Shown here one piece after another: positions 8,745-19,209 of a DNA stretch of 64,000 bases (position 1 is the first letter of the stretch; every line of letters starts with the position of its first letter). The notes under the pieces are model-generated. The model ran no database searches, was not told where the DNA came from, and was given only the letters and a program-made list of their open reading frames with translations. Origin of the DNA: a virus; the IMG/VR virus record IMGVR_UViG_3300044736_000016, positions 32,001-96,000 of that record; one strand, 5' to 3'. Both the position numbers and the translations under genes were made by a program.

Positions 8745-9200
8745 GCGACCCAGTCATCACCGTTGGTCTTCGCGGACATTCGTGGATGCCTCAGTGGAAG
8801 TGTCCTCATTGCGATTACACCGTGAAAATCGCCGCATGCAGAGATATCATCGCTGGTCTGAGAGGAGCCATTGCGCTTCACAATGCAGTGGAGCACGGTG
8901 GCCCCGGTAAGGTGTGGAGCAGCCCCGAAGTGTGGCCCAAGACTTCATGACGATCGCGGAAATGTCAACCGAGCGCCGACGAGCCCGCACCTGGACACAC
9001 AGCGGCTGGACCGTCGCGACGCATGGCGGCATACCGGTGGCCTTCGCCCGGTATCCGTGGCTGCGCGACCCGTTCCACTACCGCGACGGTGGCCCCGCAG
9101 AACCCGGTGATCTCACAGAGCACGAACTCTCCGAGCACACATGCGGACTACGCGGCCCTGATGGTCGGCTGCTCTGCTCGCTGATCATTGCAAGGACAGG

Positions 9201-9509
9201 ATGACCGTGACCGATACGCCCGCAGCGCAGAACGCCTACCCCCAGCTCGTTGCCCGCTACCGCGACGCTCGTCGTCAGTACCGTCAGCCCGGTGTGTCCA
9301 ACTCTGCGGCTGCACTGGGCATGGACGAGCAGGAATACTGCCGCAGGTTCGTCGCGGAGTTGGGGCCGATCGTCACGCAGACCAGCACGGTAAGCATGGC
9401 GAACATCGCGTGGCTCGAGGGTGCGGCATACGACGAGGCAGGGCTGCAAGATGCACGTGCGTCGGCGCTGAGCGAGACGGTCGGACGCGCTGGTCAAGTC
9501 AAGCCGTGA
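9201..9509 (+). CDS. Hypothetical protein, paralogue of 15457-15759
   Basis: Shared motif RY..ARR.YR.P.(V/I)S..A..G..E.EYC.R(F/Y)VA..G.I. Confidence 0.65.
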   Translation: MTVTDTPAAQNAYPQLVARYRDARRQYRQPGVSNSAAALGMDEQEYCRRFVAELGPIVTQTSTVSMANIAWLEGAAYDEAGLQDARASALSETVGRAGQVKP

Positions 9510-9603
9510 AACGCGACCGTGATGAGCAGGAGGACCGACGCGACCAGCCCACACCCATCGTCCTGCCTCTGCCCTTGCCCCAACCTGCGGAGCCTGTGCC
9601 GGT

Positions 9604-10215
9604 ATGAGCCCGCCGATCATCGGATACCGCGCATGGCGGGTCGTTGGTGACTACCGGCTGCAGAGCGTCTTCACGCTCGCTCGATGGCCGGTGAGGGATC
9701 GGCTGGAGGCAGAGTGCCGCCTACCGAATACGGCGATCAGCCTAGCACCCACTACTAGCCACACCGCGCCTTCCCTCGAATGCTCCTGCGGCATCTACGC
9801 GCGGACGACGCTCGCCGGTATCTTCGATGAACTCTGGCGTGGTGGTATGGCGGGAGAACACTCGGTCATCGTCGGAACCGTGGCCATGTTCGGCAGCACG
9901 TACCATGGCAAGGCGCATCCACACACCATCAGGGCACAGTACGCTCAGCCGATCTGCCTGCTTGCGCCCGACGCGTGGTATCCGTTCCGCACTCCGGTAG
10001 AGACACTGAGCGAACCGCCGACCGACATCGACATGACGGGGTGGCGCAGTACTCTAGACCGTGTCTCGGAGCAGTATGGCCTGCCCATCGTGGCGCGCTC
10101 TGGCATCGAGAAGTACGCTGCGGAGTTCGGCGAGCCGCTGAGATCGGCCGGGGATGAGCGGGTCACACGTGCAGCGGAGGAGCCACGCTGGCGCTCGTGG
10201 TGGCCGTGGGGATGA
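9604..10215 (+). CDS. Conserved phage hypothetical protein (GYRAW..HxAP..CxCGIYA family)
   Basis: Motifs recognised from actinobacterial phage proteins. Confidence 0.65.
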   Translation: MSPPIIGYRAWRVVGDYRLQSVFTLARWPVRDRLEAECRLPNTAISLAPTTSHTAPSLECSCGIYARTTLAGIFDELWRGGMAGEHSVIVGTVAMFGSTYHGKAHPHTIRAQYAQPICLLAPDAWYPFRTPVETLSEPPTDIDMTGWRSTLDRVSEQYGLPIVARSGIEKYAAEFGEPLRSAGDERVTRAAEEPRWRSWWPWG

Positions 10216-10330
10216 GGGTTCCGAACACCTACCCGCCGAGCATCCTGCGCTCGTGGTGGCTCTGGGTGTGGCGGCCGTGGACACGACCGATGACGTGGGA
10301 ACGTACCGTCAGGAGCATAGAGCCACGCTG

Positions 10331-10825
10331 ATGCCTGGCCGGTCCTGCACGTTGTGCCAACACCCATCCCGCGGAGAGATCGACAAGGCATTGGTACGCG
10401 GCGAGACGCTCAGGGGGATCGCGGCACAATTCGGCACAAGTACCGGCACACTGCAACGTCACAAGGTTGACCACCTTCCCGTGATCCTCGCCGAGGAGGC
10501 GCGACAGGCAGCCGAAGTAGCAGATACGGAGATCGTGGACTATGCCGCCGATGTGCTTCGCGACCTCATCGACACTCGCGCCGACGCTAGGCAAGGTGCC
10601 AAGAACGCTCTGTCGGAGGGACGCTTCGCAGGCGCCGGAGCACTCCTCGCTGTCCGTCTCAAGGCCAACGAACTCCTCGCCGAGCTTGAGGGGAGACTGA
10701 ACCGCACCCCGCAGGTCAACGTGCTGGTGCAAATCCGTGATGCCTTGGCCGATCTTCCACCCGAGATGCGCGCCGTGATCGCTGACAGGCTGGACCGTAT
10801 CGAGGCCCACGGGCCGGCAGCGTGA
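10331..10825 (+). CDS. Terminase small subunit candidate (CxxCxH plus HTH); alternative start GTG 10253
   Basis: CTLCQHP..LRGIAAQFGTSTGTLQRHK; lies directly upstream of the terminase ATPase. Confidence 0.7.
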   Translation: MPGRSCTLCQHPSRGEIDKALVRGETLRGIAAQFGTSTGTLQRHKVDHLPVILAEEARQAAEVADTEIVDYAADVLRDLIDTRADARQGAKNALSEGRFAGAGALLAVRLKANELLAELEGRLNRTPQVNVLVQIRDALADLPPEMRAVIADRLDRIEAHGPAA

Positions 10826-10831
10826 TGCACA

Positions 10832-11659
10832 GTGGCTGCACTGTTCTCACACGCCCGCAGACTGGCTGCCGCGCTCGACCCTGTCATCCGGATGCGACAG
10901 GCTGGTATCACCGCTGACCAGTGGCAGGAGATTCTTCTACGTAGCACTGCGCAGCGGATCATCATCCTCGCATCCCGCCAAGGGGGGAAGTCGACCGTCG
11001 TTGCTACGGACGCCTTGCATGTCGCTGAGCAGGACCCGCCCGGCGACGTCATCATTGGCGCGGTCAAGCAAGATCAGTCAGCGGAAATGCTTCGGAAGTC
11101 CAAGACGATCTACGGCATCACGGGCAGCATCTTCGAGGACGAACTGGACGGCGATCTCAAGGGGAACTCGATTCTCCGGGTGGAGATGCCGAACGGGTCG
11201 CGAATCCTAGCGGTGCCAGGGAAGGCTGGCACTGTGCGATCGTTCACGGCCAAACTGCTGATCATCGACGAGGCGGCCTACGTCCCTGACGACTTCTACA
11301 AGGCCGTCTTCCCCATGCTCGCCGTATCCCACGGCCGCATCATTCTGCTCTCCACCGCGCATGCCAAGTTCGGAGCGTTCTATGACATCTGGACCGAGGC
11401 GCCTGAGTGGGACTTTCGGCTGCCAGCTGAGGCGCAGGAGGAGGCGTGGCTCAAGATCAAGGTGCCGTGGTGGGAGTGTCCGCGTATACGGCCGGCTTTC
11501 ATCGAGGCTGAGCGAGCGAGGTTCGGCAACGCTTACGTGCAGAGGGAGTACGAGTTGGAGTTCGCCGACGCCATCACCGCTGCCTTCCGCACCGAGGACA
11601 TCGACGCCATGGCGCGCGACGACGTGGAGCCGTGGGCGTGCGCAGGGTGGGCGCGGTGA
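10832..11659 (+). CDS. Terminase large subunit, ATPase half
   Basis: ASRQGGKST Walker A, LIIDEAAYV Walker B, LLST coupling motif, QREYELEF. Confidence 0.9.
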   Translation: MAALFSHARRLAAALDPVIRMRQAGITADQWQEILLRSTAQRIIILASRQGGKSTVVATDALHVAEQDPPGDVIIGAVKQDQSAEMLRKSKTIYGITGSIFEDELDGDLKGNSILRVEMPNGSRILAVPGKAGTVRSFTAKLLIIDEAAYVPDDFYKAVFPMLAVSHGRIILLSTAHAKFGAFYDIWTEAPEWDFRLPAEAQEEAWLKIKVPWWECPRIRPAFIEAERARFGNAYVQREYELEFADAITAAFRTEDIDAMARDDVEPWACAGWAR

Positions 11660-11961
11660 GGACCATCATCGAACTGTGGACTGACGAACGTCGGGTATCT
11701 GGTGGCAGCCCTCAGACGATCCCGGCTCCTGGTCATGGCTGCTGGAGTGAGGGCGATGCCGTTTGGCGGCCACACACCGGAACCGATGACCCTCGCCGCA
11801 TCTGGTGGGATCATGTTCCAGAGGGTCACTGCCCGCTGTGCAAGGAACGGCTCTGCATCGCGGGAAAGCCTTCGGACTATCGTCTGTTCGAGAGCGATGG
11901 CTGGATGCACTGCTGGACCTGCCGATGGTCGGTGAGAATGCGAACGGTGGACACGCCTTGA
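11656..11961 (+). CDS. Hypothetical zinc-ribbon protein between the terminase halves
   Basis: CPLC..CWTC; GTGA overlap. Confidence 0.55.
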   Translation: MRTIIELWTDERRVSGGSPQTIPAPGHGCWSEGDAVWRPHTGTDDPRRIWWDHVPEGHCPLCKERLCIAGKPSDYRLFESDGWMHCWTCRWSVRMRTVDTP

Positions 11962-12001
11962 CGTTGTTGTGGCATCCCACGCTCGCTCCTACCCTGCCCG
12001 T

Positions 12002-12217
12002 ATGCTCGACATCGATGCAGCCAACGGTCTCTGGTACTGCGCTGTTCGCGATGGTCTCGTGGAGACGTACGCCGAGGACGCGTCCACATGGGCGCTGACC
12101 GACCGCGGACTGGAGGTTGCCTACCGGCGAGCGTTCACGCAAGGCGCGGATCCAGAGTGCCTGTCAGCGAGCCAACTCATTTCCCTCGCGGTGTACGGCA
12201 TCACGGACATGGGGTGA
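12002..12217 (+). CDS. Small hypothetical protein, probably leaderless
   Basis: TACCCT at 11990-11995, 6 nt before ATG 12002. Confidence 0.55.
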   Translation: MLDIDAANGLWYCAVRDGLVETYAEDASTWALTDRGLEVAYRRAFTQGADPECLSASQLISLAVYGITDMG

Positions 12218-12245
12218 GGGCGTCGCCAGCTGGAGACCGGTCCTG

Positions 12246-13094
12246 ATGCGGCTTCGGTTGGGCGTTGATCTTGGAAAACTGAACGACTATAGCGCCGTGA
12301 CCGTGTGCGAGGTGACCGACGCACCCGCAGCGCTGGGGCATGTTACCGCAGCGGACGTGGACGCGATGAGCATCGGTATCGACCCTCTCAGCCCGCTCGG
12401 TATCCTTGGCGTGAGGCATGCGCAGCCCGCGTACGTCGATCCGCTCGACCACCTGCCGGGACCGCGTGTGCCGTCGCTCGAACCGCTCTACACCGCACGC
12501 CACATCGAACGCGCCCCGCTCAATACCCCCTATACCGACGTGGCGATCGGCGTGAGGGTCATCGTCCAGTGGCTCCGGCAGCAGTTTCCTCGCATCGTGC
12601 CGGAACTCTACGTCGATGCCACCGGGGTCGGTATCCCGGTGGTGGACATCCTGCGACGCGAACTGTCAGGCATCCTGCATCGCCTGGTGCCGGTCACGAT
12701 CGTCAGCGGCGATGGGTATCACGACGTGGTCACGGCGGACGGGGCGGACCGCAAGGGCAGGGTGGTGCCGCGGAGTGCGCGTGGGCTGAAGGTCGGCAAG
12801 GGCTTCCTCGTGTCGCGGTTGCAGGCGTTGTTGCAGACGCAGCGCCTTGTCGGTCCGAGGACGATGGTCGCCGAGTTGCAGGACGAGTTGCGGGTGTTCG
12901 AGACGCGGGCGAAGGAGGGGCGGGACCAGTACGGCGCGAAGGTCGGTGCGCACGACGACCTTGTCATTTCGGCAGCGCTCGCCGTGCTGGACAGACCTCG
13001 GCAGGACGCTCGGCGCGTGGTGGAGACGCTGGAGACGATCAGCGGTCCTAGTATCGTCGGCGGCGGGCCGGCGGGGGCATGGGACATCCGGTGA
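12246..13094 (+). CDS. Terminase large subunit, RNase H-like nuclease half
   Basis: GVDLGKLNDYSA, VDATGVG, HDDLVISAALA. Confidence 0.88.
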   Translation: MRLRLGVDLGKLNDYSAVTVCEVTDAPAALGHVTAADVDAMSIGIDPLSPLGILGVRHAQPAYVDPLDHLPGPRVPSLEPLYTARHIERAPLNTPYTDVAIGVRVIVQWLRQQFPRIVPELYVDATGVGIPVVDILRRELSGILHRLVPVTIVSGDGYHDVVTADGADRKGRVVPRSARGLKVGKGFLVSRLQALLQTQRLVGPRTMVAELQDELRVFETRAKEGRDQYGAKVGAHDDLVISAALAVLDRPRQDARRVVETLETISGPSIVGGGPAGAWDIR

Positions 13095-13564
13095 CCGTAC
13101 TAGTAGACCACGCCAAGGACGCTGGGCTGATCGCTTGCGCGGGTGACAGGTGGATCGGTGGTCACGGGATCACATGCCGCCGTCTCGCCGGCCCGGGGCG
13201 TTGGATCTACTGCAAGTACTGCTACAAGAGCGTCACGCCGTGGACGCTGGAGGAGACCGTACCAGAGACGGGAGTGTGGCGGATGGTCTGCTGCGCAGAG
13301 TGCGGCGCGGGCTTAACGCGGCCTGAGCGCTTCACCGCGCCAGCGTAGGGGCAACCCGTCCCGCGTCCCACGATGCGTCCCACGATGGTACAGGGACAGC
13401 CGACACCGAAGGCCACGCTGAGATCGCGGGTTCGTCGTACCCTGCATCTGCGTGTCCCATCCTTGCGGCCGGTGAACGCCGACACCAAGGCGACCGACAC
13501 CGCTGCGGCCAAGTACCTCCCACCAGCGCAGACCACCGACCACTACCTGAGCCAGTACCTGTAG

Positions 13565-15460
13565 GTGGCGATCCTCGGTCCTGACGGTCGGGCGTTCCCA
13601 CAGACCACACGCGCAGAGTTCGCGGCTGCTCAGTCCGTACTATCGCGGCTACCTGCCGAACTGCGTCGTGCCGTGAACCTTGACGAGATCGGTGTCAGCG
13701 CTACCCAGATCATCGGGGGACTGATCTACGAGGAACGGGCGCCCGAACTCGCCGGGTCCAAGGGCATGGAGGTGTGGCGGGAGATGGGGCATGACGCCAC
13801 CTTGGCGATGTGCCTCCACGCCACCATCAACCCGCTGCGCAGCGCCGACTGGTTCATGGAGCCCGCGAGCGAAGACCCTGTCCACGTCGAGCAAGCTGAC
13901 CTCGCACACTGGTGCCTGTGGGAGTTCGGCACCATGTCATACGACGACCTGTTGCGCCAGCAGATGCGTGCCATGAAGCAGTACGGGATTGGATGCTCAG
14001 AGCTCTGCTATCGACCGATTCCCTCCGGTGAGTTCGCAGGCAAGTGGGGATGGGAGAAGTTGGCGTGGCGTTCACCGCTGTCCCTCTACCGCTTCAACGT
14101 CGAGTCGGTGCAGACGGAATACGGTGGCACGCGTCGCGAACTCGTCGAGGTGGTGCAGCGTGATCCTGCCAGCGGTGGGCTGTTCTACCTTCCCAAGGAC
14201 AAGGTACTGCTGTTCATCAACGACCTCGAAGGTGAAAACTTCCTCGGCAATTCAAGCTTTCGCCAGTGCTACGAGGCATGGCGGTACAAGCGTGCCATCG
14301 CGCGCCTGGAGGCCATCGCCCTAGAACGCTGCGGGATGGGACGCATGAAGGCCACGCTTCCGCAGGACTACTCCGACGAGGAGCGCAAGATGGCGCGGCA
14401 GATCGTTGAGAACGACCGCATCCACGAGAACGCCGGCATCGTCACCACCGAGGCGGTGCCGGTCGAGGTCATCCACAACTCAATCGAGGGGGCGGCATTC
14501 CGGGCGGCGTGGGAGGCGTACGACGCGGCGCTGTGCTTCCCGTTCCTCACGCAGTACCTGCTGCTCGGGCAGCGGGGCAACAGCGGGGCGTACTCGCTCA
14601 GCCAAGATCACTCGCAGATTCAGCTCACGCAGCTCAACGGTGATGCGAACCAGTTCGAGCAGGTGCTGAATCTCAGTCCGGGCATCCCGCTGCTCATCGC
14701 CATCAACTACGCGAACGCCGACCCGAGCAAGATGCCGAAGTTGCAGCACGGAGACATCGGCCGCAAGGACATGGAGCTGATGGGCAAGACCCTTCTCGCG
14801 CTGTCGCAGGGTGGGTGGGTCATGCCGACAGCGCAGGACGAGGACACGCTGCGCAAGTTCGTCGACCTCCCGGAGCGCGATCCGCTGCTCGGCCCCGAGG
14901 CGTTGGTGCCGCTCATCCAGCAGGTGCTGCCGCCGACGTGGTGGGGCACGCCGCACCAGGCTGGACAGGCGGTCAACCCTGCGGCCAAGGCTCTGGTCGG
15001 CTCTGGGACGCCCGTGTCGAGTGTTCAGCAGGCGACCGATGCGAAGGGGCAGTTTTCCGAGCGTGAGTGGGCCGTCATGGCTGAGCGATCGGTGAGGGCA
15101 CGGATGCCGTGGCGCCGCCCTGCGGTCAAGGGTGGACGCGTCACCGCCGAGGACGCTGTGAGGGTGCGGATGGGGGAGTATCTGTTGGACTACTTCGAGC
15201 AGGCCGACCGACCACGTATGCAGAAGCCCGACTCGCCATCGGTGCGCATTGCCAAGCGGCGCAGGCCGTACCAAGTAGCGCGTATGGCACAGGATGCGGC
15301 CAAAGTGGTGGAGATCAACGCACGAGCCAAGGCGGGCGGCGGGAGTGCGAACGGCAAGCGCAAGGTGGTCGTGAGCCCAGCGGACATCGTAGCGAGGCAG
15401 GGGCGTAGGTCGGTGCAGGACGTGCTTGCGGGCCTCGGCGCGAACGGGAGCGGGAAGTGA
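13565..15460 (+). CDS. Portal protein (DUF935/Mu gp29-like) with a basic C-terminal extension
   Basis: ENFLGNSSFRQCYEAW, ERCGMG, GAYSLSQDH; position after the terminase. Confidence 0.85.
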   Translation: MAILGPDGRAFPQTTRAEFAAAQSVLSRLPAELRRAVNLDEIGVSATQIIGGLIYEERAPELAGSKGMEVWREMGHDATLAMCLHATINPLRSADWFMEPASEDPVHVEQADLAHWCLWEFGTMSYDDLLRQQMRAMKQYGIGCSELCYRPIPSGEFAGKWGWEKLAWRSPLSLYRFNVESVQTEYGGTRRELVEVVQRDPASGGLFYLPKDKVLLFINDLEGENFLGNSSFRQCYEAWRYKRAIARLEAIALERCGMGRMKATLPQDYSDEERKMARQIVENDRIHENAGIVTTEAVPVEVIHNSIEGAAFRAAWEAYDAALCFPFLTQYLLLGQRGNSGAYSLSQDHSQIQLTQLNGDANQFEQVLNLSPGIPLLIAINYANADPSKMPKLQHGDIGRKDMELMGKTLLALSQGGWVMPTAQDEDTLRKFVDLPERDPLLGPEALVPLIQQVLPPTWWGTPHQAGQAVNPAAKALVGSGTPVSSVQQATDAKGQFSEREWAVMAERSVRARMPWRRPAVKGGRVTAEDAVRVRMGEYLLDYFEQADRPRMQKPDSPSVRIAKRRRPYQVARMAQDAAKVVEINARAKAGGGSANGKRKVVVSPADIVARQGRRSVQDVLAGLGANGSGK

Positions 15461-15759
15461 TGGATGTGTCGATGTCGTGTAGCGGAGTGGGTGCCATGCA
15501 AGTGGCGGATATCCACGCCGAGATGGTCGTTCGCTATGCGAAGGCGCGACGTGCTTACCGCGAGCCGCGAATCTCCGAGGCATGCGCCACGGTGGGCTTG
15601 TCAGAGCGCGAGTACTGCGAGCGGTACGTGGCACAGATGGGTGCTATCTACATGACGTGCAGCACCACCAACCCTGCGGTCGTACGCGACGCCTTCATCG
15701 ATGCTGGGCTGGTGCTCGCGCAGGAGGGACAGTGGGTAGATGAAGTGCGAGGAACGTGA
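15457..15759 (+). CDS. Hypothetical protein, paralogue of 9201-9509
   Basis: Shared motif with 9201-9509. Confidence 0.6.
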   Translation: MMDVSMSCSGVGAMQVADIHAEMVVRYAKARRAYREPRISEACATVGLSEREYCERYVAQMGAIYMTCSTTNPAVVRDAFIDAGLVLAQEGQWVDEVRGT

Positions 15760-15951
15760 GCGTAATGCGGTGGGCTTGGGTCTGCCGGCTAGTCGGCCAC
15801 GGCTGGCGTGCTGATGCACATGTGCGAGTACCCGGTGACCTCCACGCCGATGCGAGTGGGTTACGCATAGCGAGTTACCGATGCGTACGTTGCTGGAAGC
15901 GCTGGCCTGTCCCGTACTATGGCGATTACCGACCGCCGAGCCGGTATGCAC

Positions 15952-16182
15952 ATGGCTGAGTATCCCGCGTTTCGCAGGTTCATGTTGCGTCGGCATGAGG
16001 ATGTCACTGGGCTGAGCGGTACCGGGGACGTCGCATGGGGATGTGTTTTCCCGGACGGCAAGGCTGTGGTGCGCTGGCGGTCTGAGCACGGCTCTACGGT
16101 CGTGTGGGATCGCGAAGAGAGTATCGAGGCTATCCACGGTCATGTCGGGAAGACCGAGACCGTATGGCTGGATGAGGAGTAG
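15952..16182 (+). CDS. Conserved actinobacterial/phage small protein
   Basis: RRF.L.R..DVTG.SGTG.VA.G..F.DG..V.RW...IHGH.G.T motif. Confidence 0.75.
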   Translation: MAEYPAFRRFMLRRHEDVTGLSGTGDVAWGCVFPDGKAVVRWRSEHGSTVVWDREESIEAIHGHVGKTETVWLDEE

Positions 16183-16328
16183 GGGATGCGCAAGCACAGT
16201 CCGTTCAACTGCACGCGGATCGGGGCGCACGCCGAGTGTACCAAGCAAGCGAAGACGCAGAAGGCGACAAGGATCACACGCTTGCGAATCGAGAGCGCAT
16301 CCCGTCGTCGGAACCGAAGGCGGCGCTA

Positions 16329-16682
16329 GTGTCCGGCGACCATCTTGCAGACCGTCTTGTTGCGCTGATCGGCTCGTGGCCGTTCCTGCTCGCACAGGCT
16401 GTGGTGCTCATCCTATGGGTAGCTGTCAACGCGAGCGGGTATGCCCACAGTTGGGACAATCCGCCGTTCGTGCTGCTGAACCTGTGTCTCAGTGTGGAGG
16501 CCGCCTTCGCTGCTCCGCTCATCCTCGTCGCTGAGAGACGGTCTACGCAGGCGTTGCAACTCAAGCTGGACGAGATCATCAGGGCCATCCCGAGCGCGCG
16601 GGATGAGATCATCGCTGCGGAGAAGTTACCAGCCAAGGAGATCGACCGGTTGCGTGAGGAGGCTTGCGACGTCGATGGCTGA
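16329..16682 (+). CDS. DUF1003-family membrane protein
   Basis: ADRL..IGSWPF..WD.PPFVLLNL.LS.EAAFAAPLIL. Confidence 0.85.
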   Translation: MSGDHLADRLVALIGSWPFLLAQAVVLILWVAVNASGYAHSWDNPPFVLLNLCLSVEAAFAAPLILVAERRSTQALQLKLDEIIRAIPSARDEIIAAEKLPAKEIDRLREEACDVDG

Positions 16683-16868
16683 CGTGATCTGTCCACGCTG
16701 CGGTTGGCCTACGGCAGAAGAATGGATGTGGCACGATGTCTGTATCGCTTGCGCTAGCGATACTGGAGTAATCGGACCGGATCTCCGTGAGCACGGCAAC
16801 GTTGAGATCGCCAAGGCGCTCAAGGTTGGTGACTTGGACCGCGTAGCCCGAATCCGTCGATCGCAGGC

Positions 16869-18113
16869 ATGCTGATGGACCGTCTCGAACTCGCACACCC
16901 CAGCGACACCCGGCAGGCCGCGCTCGACGCTCTGCCCGTCCATGGCTCGCTGCGCAAGACGGCGGCGGCGCTGGCTGGGCCTGACGGCAAGGGTCCGAGT
17001 AAAAGCAGCGTGCACCGATGGAAGCAACGTGCATCGGCAACCACAGACACTCCTGCACCGCCTGACACGTCCGACCTACCCGAACCTGACACCACGCAGA
17101 GTGCCGCGGACGATCCCGTCGTGCAGGCTGAGGCCGAGTACATCGACCCGGCTGGCGCCGCACCGGAGCCCGGCCCAACCTTCGCTGACCGTCTGACCGA
17201 CCCGACCTTCCTCCGCGCCTTACACCGTTACCTCGATCTCTGCGCCACAGGTACACGCCCGGACATCGCATGGGAAGGCGCGAAGGTGATCGACCCGTTC
17301 TTCTCGCTCTCCGACAGCGAGGATGCGGACCTACGGGCAGCAGTAGAGCGGTTCACAGGAGCGGAGACAGAGCGTGCCATCTTCGCGCTGTCCGAGCCGC
17401 TGTTCGTCAGCCAGACCGCCAGCGCGTTTCACTTCGACCCTGCGTCCACCAACGACCTCCTTGACGCACTGACCGCGGTGCGCACGGACGGGTATATGGC
17501 AGGCATCAACGCTGGCCTCACCGCGCATGGTCGTGATCCGCTCACGGATGTCACGGATGCTCGAACGCTGAGGTCGATCCAACTTGACGCGGCGGACGTC
17601 GTAAACAGCGTCACGAAGCAGTGGAACTCCGATGCCAGCGCCGCTGCGTGGAAGCAGTGGTCGGCGATCAAGGATGACCCGTCGCTCACCACCGAAGCAG
17701 ACCGGAAGGCAGCGCTAGAGGCTGGCATGTCGGACTGGCGAGACGGGCGGTCGCAGTGGAAGGCTGACCAGTGGACGGGAGACAACGCGGCGGCAGGGTT
17801 GTTCGACGGGGCGAAGGACTTTCAAGACCAGAACCAGACAGGTACGGTCGGGTGGATCGAGCCACGCGAAGGTGTCTGCTCTGCATGCCAAGACGCGATC
17901 GACCTTGGCGACGAACAGAGCCCTGTGGATGCCGACACACTCTACGCACTCGACTGGCCACTCCATCAGTCGTGCGAGCACGGACCCGTCACGGTGCAGA
18001 TCGATGTCCCACCTGATCAGGCGCTGTGGGGCGAAAACCTCGGCCCGACCGATGGCGGTGGAGACGCAGCACCAGCCGACGCATCGTCCAGTGGCGACGA
18101 GGCGGCGGCATGA
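16869..18113 (+). CDS. Head morphogenesis/minor capsid protein (Mu gpF-like) with an N-terminal HTH-like segment
   Basis: C-terminal CSAC...PLHQSCEH motif; lies downstream of the portal. Confidence 0.65.
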   Translation: MLMDRLELAHPSDTRQAALDALPVHGSLRKTAAALAGPDGKGPSKSSVHRWKQRASATTDTPAPPDTSDLPEPDTTQSAADDPVVQAEAEYIDPAGAAPEPGPTFADRLTDPTFLRALHRYLDLCATGTRPDIAWEGAKVIDPFFSLSDSEDADLRAAVERFTGAETERAIFALSEPLFVSQTASAFHFDPASTNDLLDALTAVRTDGYMAGINAGLTAHGRDPLTDVTDARTLRSIQLDAADVVNSVTKQWNSDASAAAWKQWSAIKDDPSLTTEADRKAALEAGMSDWRDGRSQWKADQWTGDNAAAGLFDGAKDFQDQNQTGTVGWIEPREGVCSACQDAIDLGDEQSPVDADTLYALDWPLHQSCEHGPVTVQIDVPPDQALWGENLGPTDGGGDAAPADASSSGDEAAA

Positions 18114-18120
18114 GCGCGAC

Positions 18121-19209
18121 GTGAGGGTTCGCTACTACCCCGCCTCCCGCTATGACGGCTGCGCCATGTACCGTCTCGTCTTCCCTGCGACCGTCCTTGC
18201 AGCGCAGGGGCTGGACGTGGCCGAGGGGCGGCGCGAGGACATACAGGCCGTGTGGCGCCGCACTCAGGATGGGCCGCGGGTGGCGTGGGCCGAACCGCTC
18301 GACTGCGACGTGGCTGTCTTCCAGCGGGTGTGCAGGCGTGACATCGTGGACTGCATCCCGTCTTGGCAGCGGCAGGGCACGGCGGTGGTGATGGACGTGG
18401 ACGATCTGCTCTCGGCGGTCGACCCCGGCAACCCGGCGTTTGCGGCCTACCACCCGTCCAACCCAGCAGAGAACTGGCACCACCTTGAGCGGGCGTGCAG
18501 GATGGCGGACATGGTCACGGTGAGCACGCCAGCTTTGGCTGAGCGGTACGGGAGGCATGGGCGGGTCAGGGTGCTGCGAAACTGCGTGCCAGAGTGGTAT
18601 CTTCGTGTGGCGGGGGCATGTCCGATGGACGGAGGGTCGCAACCTCAAGTCGTCGCGACCGCTGCTCCCGTACTTGGCTGGGCTGGACGGGTCGATGTCC
18701 ACGCTGCCGACCTTGCCGTGGTTGGGACGGCCGTCGCTCAGGCACTACGGCAGACCAGCGCAACCTTCCGCGCTGTGGGGGATGAGGCCACCCTGACGGC
18801 GCTCGGGGTGCAGGGCGAGGTGGTGCCCTTCATGCCGTTCGAGGAGTACCCTGCGGAGGTGGCACGGTTGGACGTCGGGATCGCACCGCTGGCGTATACG
18901 GCGTTCAACCGCGGGAAGTCTGCCCTCAAGCCGCTCGAGATGGCCGCGCTGGGGGTGTCGTTCGTCGCCTCACCGCTGCCCGAGTACGCACGCCTGGCCG
19001 AGCTCGGTGCTGGCGACCTAGCATCCAGACCACGGCAGTGGCTCGCTGCTCTGCGCCGCCTGTTGACTGACGATGAGTACCGCGCTGAGCGTGTCGGTAG
19101 GGGGCGTGAGGTGGCCGCAGGGCTGACGTATGATGCGCACGCGGGTGGTTGGGCGGCAGTGTGGGGCGAGGCGCTGAGGGTGCGTCGGGGGGCGGCGTTG
19201 TGCCGGTGA
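18121..19209 (+). CDS. GT-B (GT4-like) glycosyltransferase
   Basis: YRL..P, DVDDLL, DMVTVSTPALAERY, DVGIAPL...FNRGKSALKPLE. Confidence 0.88.
   Translation: MRVRYYPASRYDGCAMYRLVFPATVLAAQGLDVAEGRREDIQAVWRRTQDGPRVAWAEPLDCDVAVFQRVCRRDIVDCIPSWQRQGTAVVMDVDDLLSAVDPGNPAFAAYHPSNPAENWHHLERACRMADMVTVSTPALAERYGRHGRVRVLRNCVPEWYLRVAGACPMDGGSQPQVVATAAPVLGWAGRVDVHAADLAVVGTAVAQALRQTSATFRAVGDEATLTALGVQGEVVPFMPFEEYPAEVARLDVGIAPLAYTAFNRGKSALKPLEMAALGVSFVASPLPEYARLAELGAGDLASRPRQWLAALRRLLTDDEYRAERVGRGREVAAGLTYDAHAGGWAAVWGEALRVRRGAALCR

Noticed and set aside
11660-12245. Group I intron or intein in the terminase
   Set aside because: No recognisable intron core or splice motifs; the gap holds ordinary small ORFs.
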